Positions 18,763 to 27,864 are shown, counted from the stretch's first letter. The stretch is DNA of 59,927 nucleotides from a virus (IMGVR_UViG_3300032330_000885:1-59927); one strand, 5' to 3'. The notes: generated by a model from the sequence alone, not told the origin. A program made the numbers and translations.

Positions 18763-18812
18763 TTGGTATACTCCTTTACGGGCAGATTATACCAAACAAA
18801 TGTTTTGGGCAA
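18762..18812 (-). promoter_or_regulatory. Extended -10 promoter overlapping an RBS/start-masking inverted repeat
   Basis: TGG-TATAAT at 18794-18786; TTTGGTATA/TATACCAAA inverted repeat. Confidence 0.5.
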
Positions 18813-18824
18813 TGTGATCGGCCT

Positions 18825-18857
18825 GAAACGCAAACGGGCCACCACTTGGGTGACCCG
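18825..18857 (-). terminator. Putative terminator hairpin
   Basis: CGGGTCACC-CAAGT-GGTGGCCCG followed by TTTGCGTTT. Confidence 0.5.
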
Positions 18858-18902
18858 CAGTCTGCTTATTCACGTGACAATGAATTTTTAGCAGGTTGTT
18901 CT

Positions 18903-19373
18903 TTAGTGCGTCAACACCCAAATCACAGCAAACATAATGCCCATGAGGATAATCCCCATCAAAACAACACCAACCACCACGCTGATCAACTGAACGAACT
19001 CGTCATGCTTGCGCTTGCGCTCGGCTTCCATCAGTGCGGCATTGCGCTTCATTGACGCAACTGCCCGCTGCACCTGATCCCACGCCTCTAGCCCATAGGC
19101 TGCAATGAACTGCCCACGAACCTGCGCCGCCATGTCATGGGCCTTGGCCTTGGCTGCGTATAGCTCGATGGCTCTGGCCTCGTAGCTCTCGCGTGACGAT
19201 CCGATGTTGGTGTACTTGGCAGGCTCCGCAGCCATGCGTGTGAGCTTGGCAACGCTGTCCCACAGCCCCGCCAAGTCCTTTGCCATGTGTTGGATTTCTT
19301 TCCCTACCGCAATGCCAGCCTTGATCGCATTGTAGGATGCGGTACACGCCGCCATAACAGTAATTGGGTCCAT
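18903..19373 (-). CDS. Membrane protein with a C-terminal transmembrane helix
   Basis: MDPIT...AIKAGI..GKEI start; hydrophobic C-terminus; GAGG RBS. Confidence 0.75.
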   Translation of the reverse strand: MDPITVMAACTASYNAIKAGIAVGKEIQHMAKDLAGLWDSVAKLTRMAAEPAKYTNIGSSRESYEARAIELYAAKAKAHDMAAQVRGQFIAAYGLEAWDQVQRAVASMKRNAALMEAERKRKHDEFVQLISVVVGVVLMGIILMGIMFAVIWVLTH

Positions 19374-19431
19374 AGATCACCTCGCGGTGACTTTATATCA
19401 CGAATGCTTGGCGTGGGCGACACCAGCCTGA

Positions 19432-19605
19432 TCATTTGGGCGGCTCCGGCAATGGCATCCAGTGGGTTACATCACCCAACCAGCTATTGGCCGCATTGGT
19501 CCAGCCGTTCCCAACCCACGCAGCGGTCTGGAAAAAGTCTGGCGCATAAACAATGATGACCGTCCCATCCTTCGGCGCAGTCTCAATCGGTTGCCAATCG
19601 GTCAT
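19432..19605 (-). CDS. DUF551-like small phage protein
   Basis: WQPIETAPKDGT...VTHWMPLPEPP. Confidence 0.85.
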   Translation of the reverse strand: MTDWQPIETAPKDGTVIIVYAPDFFQTAAWVGNGWTNAANSWLGDVTHWMPLPEPPK

Positions 19606-19802
19606 TTCTTCCTCATCTGATCCATTGATATATTCTCTTGCAACCGCACCTTGGGGTTGGGCCATGTCCAGCACTCACCCGTGTCATCCTGAAAGCACAC
19701 CCAAAGCAAATGGTGTTCTTGCCCGTAGTCAATCAGGAAATGCGCCTTGGCTGGGCCTTTGGGTGTGTCCATCGGGATGGTTGGGGTTAGCTGGATGATC
19801 AC
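19602..19802 (-). CDS. Conserved small phage protein
   Basis: TPKG.A.AHFLIDYG.EH.L.WVCF.D.TGECWTW.N motif. Confidence 0.75.
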   Translation of the reverse strand: MIIQLTPTIPMDTPKGPAKAHFLIDYGQEHHLLWVCFQDDTGECWTWPNPKVRLQENISMDQMRKK

Positions 19803-20071
19803 TCTTTCTCCCCTAGTGCTTTACGGGCCAAATCAACACATGCGCCCAATGTTGACCACAGAACACCTTCCGCTTGCGTGACGGGTGTTGGTAATTTTTC
19901 ATCATCAACAGCGGCAATCTTTTGCAACGCTTCCCGCAACCGTTCAATTTCCTCCCACGCCTCCGTCATTACATCAGAGGCTATATTTTCTTTGTCTCCC
20001 CTTCCGCAGAATTTGAATGCCCAATATTTTAAATGTTCAACAAGGTCATCTTTTTCAGTTGGAACCATCAC
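19799..20071 (-). CDS. Hypothetical protein (EIERLR coiled coil)
   Basis: Overlapping start/stop coupling with neighbours. Confidence 0.65.
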   Translation of the reverse strand: MMVPTEKDDLVEHLKYWAFKFCGRGDKENIASDVMTEAWEEIERLREALQKIAAVDDEKLPTPVTQAEGVLWSTLGACVDLARKALGEKE

Positions 20072-20253
20072 TCATCTCCTGTTGTTTTGGCTAAAAGTTG
20101 ATTATGCTCTTTAAGCAAATCATTATATTCATTGACCACCCATTTTAATTTGGAAACCATATCTTTGTGCTTTTGTCGCAACCGTTCGATCTCATCGTTT
20201 AGCCTAGCAATATGAGCTTGTTCGCTCTCACCTGTTCTCCTGCCATCCATCAC
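20068..20253 (-). CDS. Hypothetical coiled-coil protein
   Basis: EIERLR motif; coupled overlaps. Confidence 0.6.
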   Translation of the reverse strand: MMDGRRTGESEQAHIARLNDEIERLRQKHKDMVSKLKWVVNEYNDLLKEHNQLLAKTTGDE

Positions 20254-20594
20254 TCTTCTCCCTTTGCTGCTTCTCGTATTGCTTCATGCCACTCTTCCAT
20301 TTTGGTAGCAATCACTCCAAATTCTGGATGCTTTTCAACAAGATCAGGCACCAATAACTTGACCAAGTCAAAGTAAAACGAATAAACATGCCATTCTCCT
20401 CGATGGAAATCTTGTATATGTTCCATCTTAGCCCTGCCTATACCATTGTTGCACATGGTGTATATTATCTGAACAAACTTGGAGTTTGCGCTGTGCTGTC
20501 GATCAACTTGTTCTTCCAGTGCTTTGATCTGATCTCGCTGATCGAGGACCGTACGAAGCAGGGTGTTCTCCCTTTGTAATGCCTCACTATCCAT
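20250..20594 (-). CDS. Hypothetical protein
   Basis: Start MDSEALQREN overlaps the upstream stop region. Confidence 0.6.
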   Translation of the reverse strand: MDSEALQRENTLLRTVLDQRDQIKALEEQVDRQHSANSKFVQIIYTMCNNGIGRAKMEHIQDFHRGEWHVYSFYFDLVKLLVPDLVEKHPEFGVIATKMEEWHEAIREAAKGEE

Positions 20595-20886
20595 CACTCG
20601 CCCCCCGTATAAATTGCACCAGCCGCTTGACTTGGCACTGCTTGCCGTCAACGCGGATGTAATGCTTGCCGTCCTTCTTGTTGATCCAGCCCTGCGATGG
20701 CTTGCGGCGAACGGGCGTGATCCACTCCAGCTTGCCGTCACGCAAGTAGAACAGTTCGTGCAGGCGTTGCATGGTCGGGTATGGGATAATCACGCCCACT
20801 TTTATCAGCAGTTCAATGATGTCATCTGACGGCACCACACGCGGCGCACTGCGGTGGATGTCATGGTTAATCCAAGGTATTTTCAT
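20587..20886 (-). CDS. Degenerate/truncated HNH-endonuclease N-terminal-like protein
   Basis: RLHELF...DG.L.W...G.....IRVDGK....KRLV; ends before any HNH core. Confidence 0.5.
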   Translation of the reverse strand: MKIPWINHDIHRSAPRVVPSDDIIELLIKVGVIIPYPTMQRLHELFYLRDGKLEWITPVRRKPSQGWINKKDGKHYIRVDGKQCQVKRLVQFIRGASDG

Positions 20887-21039
20887 CTGTCATCTTTCCT
20901 GTTAGTGGTGCGACCCTCACGGATTGGGCAACAAGTCTGGCATTGCGACCAACCCCCAACGGTTAGTAGCCAGATCAATTGCCAATGTTGGTTGTGATGG
21001 GCCTCTTGCGGGAAAAGGAACCCCAACATCAGCAAATGG

Positions 21040-21312
21040 TTATGCAAAGTCCCGTGCAATAGCGGCCTGACCGAGCGGCGTGTCTGCCAGCATGCCAAGG
21101 GCCGACATGTACAAATCAATCATGGTTTGCTCGCTGTCACGTTCATAAGTGTTTTTCTTGCGGAGGGCGATCACCTTGCGAAGAATCTTGACATCGAACC
21201 CGTTACCCTTGGCCTCGGTGTAAATGCTCTTGATGTCCTCGGCGATGGCGGCCTTCTCTTCTTCGAGCCGCTCAATGCGCTCGACAATGGCCTGAAGTTG
21301 ATTGTTGTTCAT
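21040..21312 (-). CDS. gapR: GapR/DUF2312 DNA-binding protein
   Basis: [48 protein letters not shown]...LYMSALG. Confidence 0.9.
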   Translation of the reverse strand: MNNNQLQAIVERIERLEEEKAAIAEDIKSIYTEAKGNGFDVKILRKVIALRKKNTYERDSEQTMIDLYMSALGMLADTPLGQAAIARDFA

Positions 21313-21322
21313 CTGTCATTTC

Positions 21323-22924
21323 CTATATTGGGTAGAGCGGCGCAGGCTCGGCACCGAAGTGCGTCATCGACCGCTCAAGGTCTGCGTTGATCTCGTCAGC
21401 GCGTTGTAGCATGCCAGTTGTGCGCAGGAACTTCAATGCCTGAGTGCTTGTATCCACAAGATCGTCGTGCTTCGCCTTCGGGAACGCGGCGCATTGGTTA
21501 ATCACCATGTCGGCCCATGATTTGTCCGGCGCGTAGACCAGCCCCTCGCTGAACAGATGCTGGACGGCATAGGCGCGGGCCACCTTGTCCTGTGCGCCAG
21601 GGTTGACCAGTTGCACCCCGAAGTCCGCACTGTTGTTGAGCCGCCTGATTTCTTGCGCCACCGAGATGCCCGATGCCTTGGACTCGATCAGGAGCGTATC
21701 CAGTTTGAACTGTTTGGCCGTCTCGGTGATCTTGGCCACCAGCTCGTGCAGCTCCAGCCTCTCGGCCCACGCGTAGAGCAGGATGGCCTTCGGGTGCGGC
21801 TGCTTGTACGACCGCTCGACCACATACGACTTGCCGTCCTTGGCCAATTGGTTTGCGGCCTGTGCGATGGGGTCTTGCGAGAAGATGCCCCAGACCGTCA
21901 TGGCCGAGGGGTCGTTCTCCTCTTTGGTCGTGTACGCCGTGTCGAGCGAGCCGACGATGTAATCCAGTGGCGGGAACAGATCGCTGTCCCATAGCTGCCA
22001 CCACGCGCTTTGGATGATGCCGCCACCACGCGGAGCGGGCGACTGCTGGAACTGGCCGGACGAGGCGTATGGCCCCATCACGCGCTCGTCGCGCTCGACC
22101 ACATCGAGGGGAAACCGTTTCGGGAACAGCAGTTCGCCTTCGTCCTCGCGTGGGTCTTCGTAGCCCAGTTTGGTCGGCATGGCGCGGGATGGATCGTACC
22201 GCATCGGCAGCATGATGTGATCGTAGCCAAGCTCTTTGTCGAGGATCACGCCGGAGATGTCCTCCTCATGCAGCCTTTGCATGATCACCACGATTGCGGA
22301 TTTCTTGGGGTTGTTAAGGCGGCTAGGGACGGCTTCGAGAAAAGTTTCGACCTCGGCACCACGTTGCGTCTCGGAGGCCGCAGAATCGACGCTATGTGGG
22401 TCGTCGATGATCACGCGGTCTCCACGGATACCAGTGAGGGACGTAATGGCGGTGGCGATTCGGAAGCCCTGCGCCTCGTTCACGAAGTTCAGCTTCTCGT
22501 TCTGATCCTTGGCCAGTTTTACTCGGTCGCCCCATCGCTCCTGATACCACGGGCTGGTGATCAACTGACGCATGCGGCGGCTGTCGCGGGCTGACAGGTT
22601 CTCGATCTTGTGGGCGGCGCAGACATAGCGCAGATGCGGCATGTTACGCGGCCCCCACTCCCACGAGGGCCAGAAGACGTTCAGGAGCAGGCTCTTCATC
22701 AAGCCGGGCGGGATGTTCACCAACAGACGATTGTAGGGCTTGCCGTCGATCTCTTCGCCATTGGTGATGGCTTCCAGATGGTCGCAGATGAAGTCGATGT
22801 GCCAGCCGTGATCGTATGGCTGACCCGGTTCAATCACATGCCACGCCTTACGCACAAAAGCGGCCAGTGATCTCTCACAAGCCGCTTTGTCTGCTGATAG
22901 TGCAAGGATGCTAATCTTGTCCAT
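21323..22924 (-). CDS. terL: Terminase large subunit
   Basis: NIPPGLMKS Walker A, IIDDPH Walker B, IMQRLHEED, DTAY and HDDLVD nuclease motifs. Confidence 0.95.
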   Translation of the reverse strand: MDKISILALSADKAACERSLAAFVRKAWHVIEPGQPYDHGWHIDFICDHLEAITNGEEIDGKPYNRLLVNIPPGLMKSLLLNVFWPSWEWGPRNMPHLRYVCAAHKIENLSARDSRRMRQLITSPWYQERWGDRVKLAKDQNEKLNFVNEAQGFRIATAITSLTGIRGDRVIIDDPHSVDSAASETQRGAEVETFLEAVPSRLNNPKKSAIVVIMQRLHEEDISGVILDKELGYDHIMLPMRYDPSRAMPTKLGYEDPREDEGELLFPKRFPLDVVERDERVMGPYASSGQFQQSPAPRGGGIIQSAWWQLWDSDLFPPLDYIVGSLDTAYTTKEENDPSAMTVWGIFSQDPIAQAANQLAKDGKSYVVERSYKQPHPKAILLYAWAERLELHELVAKITETAKQFKLDTLLIESKASGISVAQEIRRLNNSADFGVQLVNPGAQDKVARAYAVQHLFSEGLVYAPDKSWADMVINQCAAFPKAKHDDLVDTSTQALKFLRTTGMLQRADEINADLERSMTHFGAEPAPLYPI

Positions 22925-23348
22925 TTAGCGCACGATCCAGAACGTCAAGCTCTTCGTCGGACAGGTGCGATAGATCGACATGCTTGACCTCGGTCTGGAT
23001 CGCGCCACCGTTCGGGCCGGAGATTTCGGTTCGCGTGACCTTCGGCCTCATGCGCTCGGCGATCCACTGCTCATGGCTGACCTGAATGCGAAGAAGGGCC
23101 GGATCAGCCTTGCCTCCTTTGATTTTTTTGTCGATTTCATGCAGCCTGACTTCGATCAGAGCATCTCGCGCACGCGCACATTTGACCGCAAACTCAGGGT
23201 GCTGTTCCATCCAATGCCAAACCGTTGATCGTTTCAGGCCCAATTCATCGCATGCTTTGATGAGGCTATTGCCATCGTACATCAACTCGCAGATTTGGTC
23301 TGCGAGCTGTTCCGTGTACAAAGATGGCCGTCCCATTTTTTTGGTCAT
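22911..23348 (-). CDS. terS: Terminase small subunit
   Basis: GRPSLYT..LAD.IC.....G.SL...C HTH; EISGPNGGAI tail; overlaps terL. Confidence 0.88.
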   Translation of the reverse strand: MTKKMGRPSLYTEQLADQICELMYDGNSLIKACDELGLKRSTVWHWMEQHPEFAVKCARARDALIEVRLHEIDKKIKGGKADPALLRIQVSHEQWIAERMRPKVTRTEISGPNGGAIQTEVKHVDLSHLSDEELDVLDRALNGQD

Positions 23349-23536
23349 GCGTCCAATGTAGCGTCTTCAGGTGCTTCATGCAAGGGTATCACGGCAAATC
23401 CCATTGCTTCGGCGAGCTTGTGGAACGCGAGGACCATTTCCTTTTTGTGGAAATCTTGGCTCTTTGTGTCCCAATAAGCCGCAACAGAATCTTCGACGAC
23501 TGCCTGTGCGTGGTACCGTGCTTTGAGGATGTCCAT
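23345..23536 (-). CDS. Hypothetical protein (63 aa)
   Basis: GGGAG RBS then ATG at 23536. Confidence 0.65.
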   Translation of the reverse strand: MDILKARYHAQAVVEDSVAAYWDTKSQDFHKKEMVLAFHKLAEAMGFAVIPLHEAPEDATLDA

Positions 23537-23611
23537 GTCGTATCTCCCATTTACCAGCACCATCAGTGATGCCGTGATTCGTTTATGCACCAAAAGAAAA
23601 CATATTGCAAC
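23537..23611 (-). promoter_or_regulatory. Promoter/leader cassette copy A
   Basis: TTGCAA-N17-CATAAA; shares TGTTTTCTTTT and GGTGCTGGTAAAT with 35483-35558. Confidence 0.6.
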
Positions 23612-23619
23612 ACCCAAAA

Positions 23620-23930
23620 CACCAAAAAAGATAAATATTTTAAATATCCAACCTTACTATCCATCTTCTATCCTCTATGTCCCTGAAATCATTATATAAT
23701 TTATATATATAATATTAAATATTAAATATTAGTAGATACTCTTTCTCTCTCTCTCTTAAAAGGGCTTTAAGGGTATTTAATATTATTATATCTATGGATA
23801 TGAATGATTTTATGTATATATCAGGGAAACGGTGTATTTAATCAGTTATTGGTAAAAAGCTGAACAATTTCAAACACTTAAAGAATATTTTATAAATATT
23901 AGCTAAAATATTTTAATATCTATAAAAAAA
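23620..23930. other. AT-rich non-coding region, candidate replication origin
   Basis: Very AT-rich; repeated AATATT/TAAATATT units and a (CT)n tract; directly downstream of the primase-helicase gene. Confidence 0.55.
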
Positions 23931-23949
23931 TAGGGGCGTTTTGCCCCTA
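23924..23949 (-). terminator. Rho-independent terminator of the primase gene
   Basis: TAGGGGC-AAAAC-GCCCCTA followed by T7. Confidence 0.75.
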
Positions 23950-23973
23950 CTTTCAATTGGTTACGGCGTTTTT

Positions 23974-26247
23974 TTAAACCGTTTTGTACCGCTTCGACAC
24001 TATCTTTTTACGCGGATGTACGGTCTCCTCCACTGTTACCAGCCCATCTTTGACCAGAAGGTCGAGGCACTTCTCGATGTCATCCTTCTTGATGTTCTTG
24101 ATCCGGTTGACCATGAAAGCCAGAGTTTCGCCCTTGTCGCCTGACACAAGGTTCATGATCCGAGCCGCCAAAGCCTGCACAGGGTTGTCCTTGCGCTTAT
24201 CGTTGCCAACCACCAGACGGGTCTTCTCCTCCACATCACGCCTGACCAAAGCGTAGGCCCACCTGACGTGCTCGACGGTGCGGATGCCCTCTGGCACCGC
24301 CAAGATGAAACTGACCTTTGCCACGGCTTCCTTGGCCCGCAGAGCAAGTGCTTCGAGGCCAGTACGATCTTTGTGCTCCTCGGCCATCTCATGGAACAGC
24401 CGCATCACCTGCTTCAACATGACGCGGGCTTCGGTGTTTGTCGGGATCGTCAGCTTGTCGCCGTAGTGTTCAATGCGTTGCCCTTCCATTGTGTCGAACG
24501 ATCCAGCCGAATAGAGCGTGGCCAGAGCCAATGCCAGCCGCTCATCCATCGGTGGACGCACGAAGTCCTCCACTTCGTCAGGCACGGTCTCACGCTCGTT
24601 GAACAGCAGTGCGCGACCGATAAACCCGTTGGTTGCACTCTCGAAGTCCACCAGATCGTCGAACGTCACAGGCGTTGTGAACCCCATCAGCGACAGAAAC
24701 GGCTTTTCAATCCCGTTGTCGAGGCTCTTGATCGCGTATTCAATGGCAGGAATACGGGCTTCGAGCATGGGGCTTGGTTTTTCTTCAAGCCTGCGCTCGA
24801 CCTGTTGCAGTTCTTGCAGGAGTGATTTGCGAACTTCCTTACGCATGTCGCCCGTCACAGGCAACCATCCATTGGCTTTAGAGTACACCGACATCAGCAT
24901 GCCGATCACGCCATCGAGATATGCCGCACCACCTTTTTGTTGAGCATTCTTGATCTTTCGCAACATGATGCCGATTTCGTCGATAATGTAATACGCTGAT
25001 TGGTGATCTGTGAGGTTCCGCAGGATTTCCTGCTCTGACTTGATATTGCCATGCACGGCGGCGTTGATGCGGGCAGCGCGGTGGATTGCAAGTGCCGCCT
25101 GCTGGATGGCCTCCTTGCCAGTGCCGGACCCTGCCACGCAGAACGCGAACACGTTTGTGGTGACATCCTGCACGGCATCGGCGTAGCGCAGACCGACAAT
25201 GTTACCGACCGATGTCAGAGCAGCGGCAACCGCGAGATTTTCTCTGGGGTATCGGCATTGGCTGTTAATGAAGGCAGTGACGGTGCCCACAAAGCCAGGT
25301 GGTCTTTTAAGGTCAATCCCTGTGATGTCGATTTCAGTGTCGTTGGCATCTGTGACTTCAATCTCCTCGTTCGGCGTGAACGTGACAGGCTCCAGCCAGC
25401 CACCCTGTTCTGCGTGATGCTTGAGCGTACCCAACGTGACAGGGTTCGAGGCTTTACCGAACGAGTGCCAGCGTTTGTGGAGCGTGTCGGTCCCAGGGTA
25501 TTTTGCCCCTTTGGCTGACCACTTGTCCCAGACATCAAAGGCGGTTCCGTTCGAGGCGTGATGGAGGGCCATACCGCATTTGACCCATGTGTCGTGGTCG
25601 GTGTCAGGATCGACGTAGGCCAGCATGTCGGCCAGTTCTTGGTGTGATACATCGACGGTGAGTCCGTTGAGGACGGCGCGATGACGGTCGGGCTTTCGAA
25701 GTAGCGCGATAATATCGTCAGGAGCATCTTCAATTTCTTCGACGGACCCATGTGACACCTCGTATCTGTTGCCTGATGCGTGAAGGGAACCTGGCCCAAC
25801 CACGAAGCCAGATGATTTAAAATCAATGCCAGGGTATTGGTCCAAATGTTGAACCAGAGCCATCTCTTCGGGCAGTTTGAAATAGAAGTGCCGAGAGCCG
25901 CCGCCCGATCCAGTCTTGACCACGAGACCAGCCTGCCTGAGCGAATAAAAATCATTCGCCAGCTTCTGCATTGATTCGACACCGCCATTGCGAGCATCGA
26001 TGTCGATCACGAGCATGCCGCGAATCAGTACGCCATAGCCTGTGGCAAACTGGCCAGTTTCTTCCATGACTTCCAATTGATCCTCGGACCAGTGTGGCGT
26101 GTGTTGCCAGTTGCTGGTCAGCGGGTGTTTGTATGCGGCTTGGCAGTCAGGGTTTCCACATGTGCATTGACCTTTCTTGTTGGCACCATGCAAACCGAAA
26201 ACGTGATAGCCGTTCTCCCAAAATTCACGATACTTCATGTTTGTCAC
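23974..26247 (-). CDS. Bifunctional primase-polymerase + PriCT-2 + P-loop helicase-like domain
   Basis: CxC...C...KHP, VIDIDARNGG, TGSGGG.RHFYF, WVKCGMALH...WDKWS, AGSGTGKE and IIDEIG motifs. Confidence 0.9.
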   Translation of the reverse strand: MTNMKYREFWENGYHVFGLHGANKKGQCTCGNPDCQAAYKHPLTSNWQHTPHWSEDQLEVMEETGQFATGYGVLIRGMLVIDIDARNGGVESMQKLANDFYSLRQAGLVVKTGSGGGSRHFYFKLPEEMALVQHLDQYPGIDFKSSGFVVGPGSLHASGNRYEVSHGSVEEIEDAPDDIIALLRKPDRHRAVLNGLTVDVSHQELADMLAYVDPDTDHDTWVKCGMALHHASNGTAFDVWDKWSAKGAKYPGTDTLHKRWHSFGKASNPVTLGTLKHHAEQGGWLEPVTFTPNEEIEVTDANDTEIDITGIDLKRPPGFVGTVTAFINSQCRYPRENLAVAAALTSVGNIVGLRYADAVQDVTTNVFAFCVAGSGTGKEAIQQAALAIHRAARINAAVHGNIKSEQEILRNLTDHQSAYYIIDEIGIMLRKIKNAQQKGGAAYLDGVIGMLMSVYSKANGWLPVTGDMRKEVRKSLLQELQQVERRLEEKPSPMLEARIPAIEYAIKSLDNGIEKPFLSLMGFTTPVTFDDLVDFESATNGFIGRALLFNERETVPDEVEDFVRPPMDERLALALATLYSAGSFDTMEGQRIEHYGDKLTIPTNTEARVMLKQVMRLFHEMAEEHKDRTGLEALALRAKEAVAKVSFILAVPEGIRTVEHVRWAYALVRRDVEEKTRLVVGNDKRKDNPVQALAARIMNLVSGDKGETLAFMVNRIKNIKKDDIEKCLDLLVKDGLVTVEETVHPRKKIVSKRYKTV

Positions 26248-26410
26248 CGAACAGATAAGCAGCCAGTTTCTCCACTGTCGCTAAGGTTGGGTTGGTGTTT
26301 TTGCCAGATGCAATGGCCCTCACAGTATTCTCATGTAGGCCCGTTTGCGCGGCCACCTTGTCAAGTTTTCGGTCGGCCAAGGCCAATCTGATTTTTTCAA
26401 GTAATTCCAT
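26225..26410 (-). CDS. Cro/XRE-like HTH protein
   Basis: VAAQTGLHENTVRAIASGKNTNPTLATVEKL; GGAG RBS. Confidence 0.85.
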   Translation of the reverse strand: MELLEKIRLALADRKLDKVAAQTGLHENTVRAIASGKNTNPTLATVEKLAAYLFGDKHEVS

Positions 26411-26419
26411 TTTTTTGTT

Positions 26420-26492
26420 CTCCATCCACATTTCGGTGTTGACACTGGCACATTTGCTGGAGTAGCGTCAAGGGGTAGCAGAGAGAAAGGAG
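26420..26492. promoter_or_regulatory. Divergent promoter region
   Basis: TTGACA on + (26439) and TTGACG on - (26471), between divergent operons. Confidence 0.55.
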
Positions 26493-27281
26493 ATGCCAAT
26501 GGGCATTCTAGATAGTGTAGCGAAGCCGATTGATCGGCCAGTACTGGTCACCATTTGTGGTGATTCGGGCATGGGTAAAACCACCCTTGCCGCAACTTTC
26601 CCAAAACCGATTGTCATTCGTGCCGAGGATGGTTTGCAGGCTGTGCCTGTTGATCTGCGGCCCGATGCGTTCCCTGTGTTGCAGGGTGCGGACGATCTGT
26701 GGGAGCAGCTCAAGGGGCTTATTCACGAGCCGCATGAGTACAAGACATTGATCATCGACAGCGTAACGGCTTTGGAGCGGATGTTTATCCAGAATGTTGT
26801 GGATACTGATCCGAAGAAGCCCCGTGGCATTCAGCAGGCTCTGGGTGGTTACGGCGCAGGACGTGATGCGGTGTCGGCCATGCATGCACGTCTGCGTAAA
26901 GCAGCGGGACTGTTGGCAGATCGTCGTGGGATGAACACGGTGTTTATCGCCCACGCGGAGACGGAGCGGATAGAGCCGCCAGATGATGACGCCTATATGC
27001 GTTATGCGCTGCGGCTTCATGCCAAGAGCATGCCAGCCTATGTGGACGATGTGGATATTGTCGGCTTTCTGAAGCTGGAGACATTCACAACTGGTGACGG
27101 CGAACGCAAAAAGGCTATTTCTGATGGCACCCGCGTTTTGATCACCTATGCCACAGCGGCCAATGTGTCGAAGAACCGCTACGGGATCACAGAGCCACTG
27201 ACGGTTCTGCCCAACGTCAATCCGTTTGCTGACATCGTGCCTGCCTTGGTTGCGGCACCTAAAAAGGAGAAAGTGAAATGA
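26493..27281 (+). CDS. Sak4-like/AAA_24 ATPase (single-strand annealing)
   Basis: GDSGMGKTT, LIIDSVT, GGYGAG, FIAH and KNRYG motifs. Confidence 0.88.
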   Translation: MPMGILDSVAKPIDRPVLVTICGDSGMGKTTLAATFPKPIVIRAEDGLQAVPVDLRPDAFPVLQGADDLWEQLKGLIHEPHEYKTLIIDSVTALERMFIQNVVDTDPKKPRGIQQALGGYGAGRDAVSAMHARLRKAAGLLADRRGMNTVFIAHAETERIEPPDDDAYMRYALRLHAKSMPAYVDDVDIVGFLKLETFTTGDGERKKAISDGTRVLITYATAANVSKNRYGITEPLTVLPNVNPFADIVPALVAAPKKEKVK

Positions 27282-27814
27282 GTTTTTGGGATTTTCAAGA
27301 CGGCGACGAAGCCGTTACTGGTACATTTGAGGTCGGCGGCGGCAACATGGAGCCGATCCCCAACGACACCACCTGCGTGGCCATCGTTGATGAGGCAAAG
27401 TGGGACAAAGATCAGGCGGGCAACCGCTACATCTCTCTCCGTTGGGCAGTGCTAGCACCTGACGATTACAAAAACCGCAAGGTGTTCCACAAGTTGTGGG
27501 TGCATGATGACAAGCCGGAGAACAAAGACCCTGCAAAGAAGCGCGACAAGGACAAGCGGCTGTTGGCGGCTATCGACTTTAATGCTGGCGGCAAGCTGAT
27601 GGCTTCTGGCAAGGCACCGACCGATGACGCTTTGGGCATGGCTCTCATGAACAAGCCCATGTCGATTAAGGTCATGCTGTGGGAGCAGAATGGAAAATCC
27701 GGCAACTGGATTTCGGCGGTTGGTCCTCGTGGCGGCAAGTCTGCCGCGCCTGCTCCGGCACCGAAGCCCGCACCAACACGGACGGTCGTTGAAGACGACG
27801 ATGCGCCGTTCTAA
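27278..27814 (+). CDS. DUF669-like single-stranded DNA-binding protein
   Basis: YKNRKVFHKLW motif; acidic DDDAPF tail; follows Sak4. Confidence 0.8.
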   Translation: MSFWDFQDGDEAVTGTFEVGGGNMEPIPNDTTCVAIVDEAKWDKDQAGNRYISLRWAVLAPDDYKNRKVFHKLWVHDDKPENKDPAKKRDKDKRLLAAIDFNAGGKLMASGKAPTDDALGMALMNKPMSIKVMLWEQNGKSGNWISAVGPRGGKSAAPAPAPKPAPTRTVVEDDDAPF

Positions 27815-27820
27815 GTAACA

Positions 27821-27848
27821 GGTGGGGGTTACGGCCCCCACCACCTTT
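27821..27848 (+). terminator. Hairpin / putative terminator
   Basis: GGTGGGGG-TTACGG-CCCCCACC; weak U tract. Confidence 0.5.
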
Positions 27849-27864
27849 AAATGGGAGATGTAAA

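Noticed and set aside
20900-21035. tRNA or hammerhead ribozyme
   Set aside because: No cloverleaf or TTC T-loop. CTGATG is not followed by A, and no properly placed GAAA core is present.
25215-25997. 260-aa same-strand alternative-frame ORF inside the primase gene
   Set aside because: Ser/Pro/Thr-rich with no motif or clear RBS, unlike the nested MTase ORF; likely a codon-bias artefact
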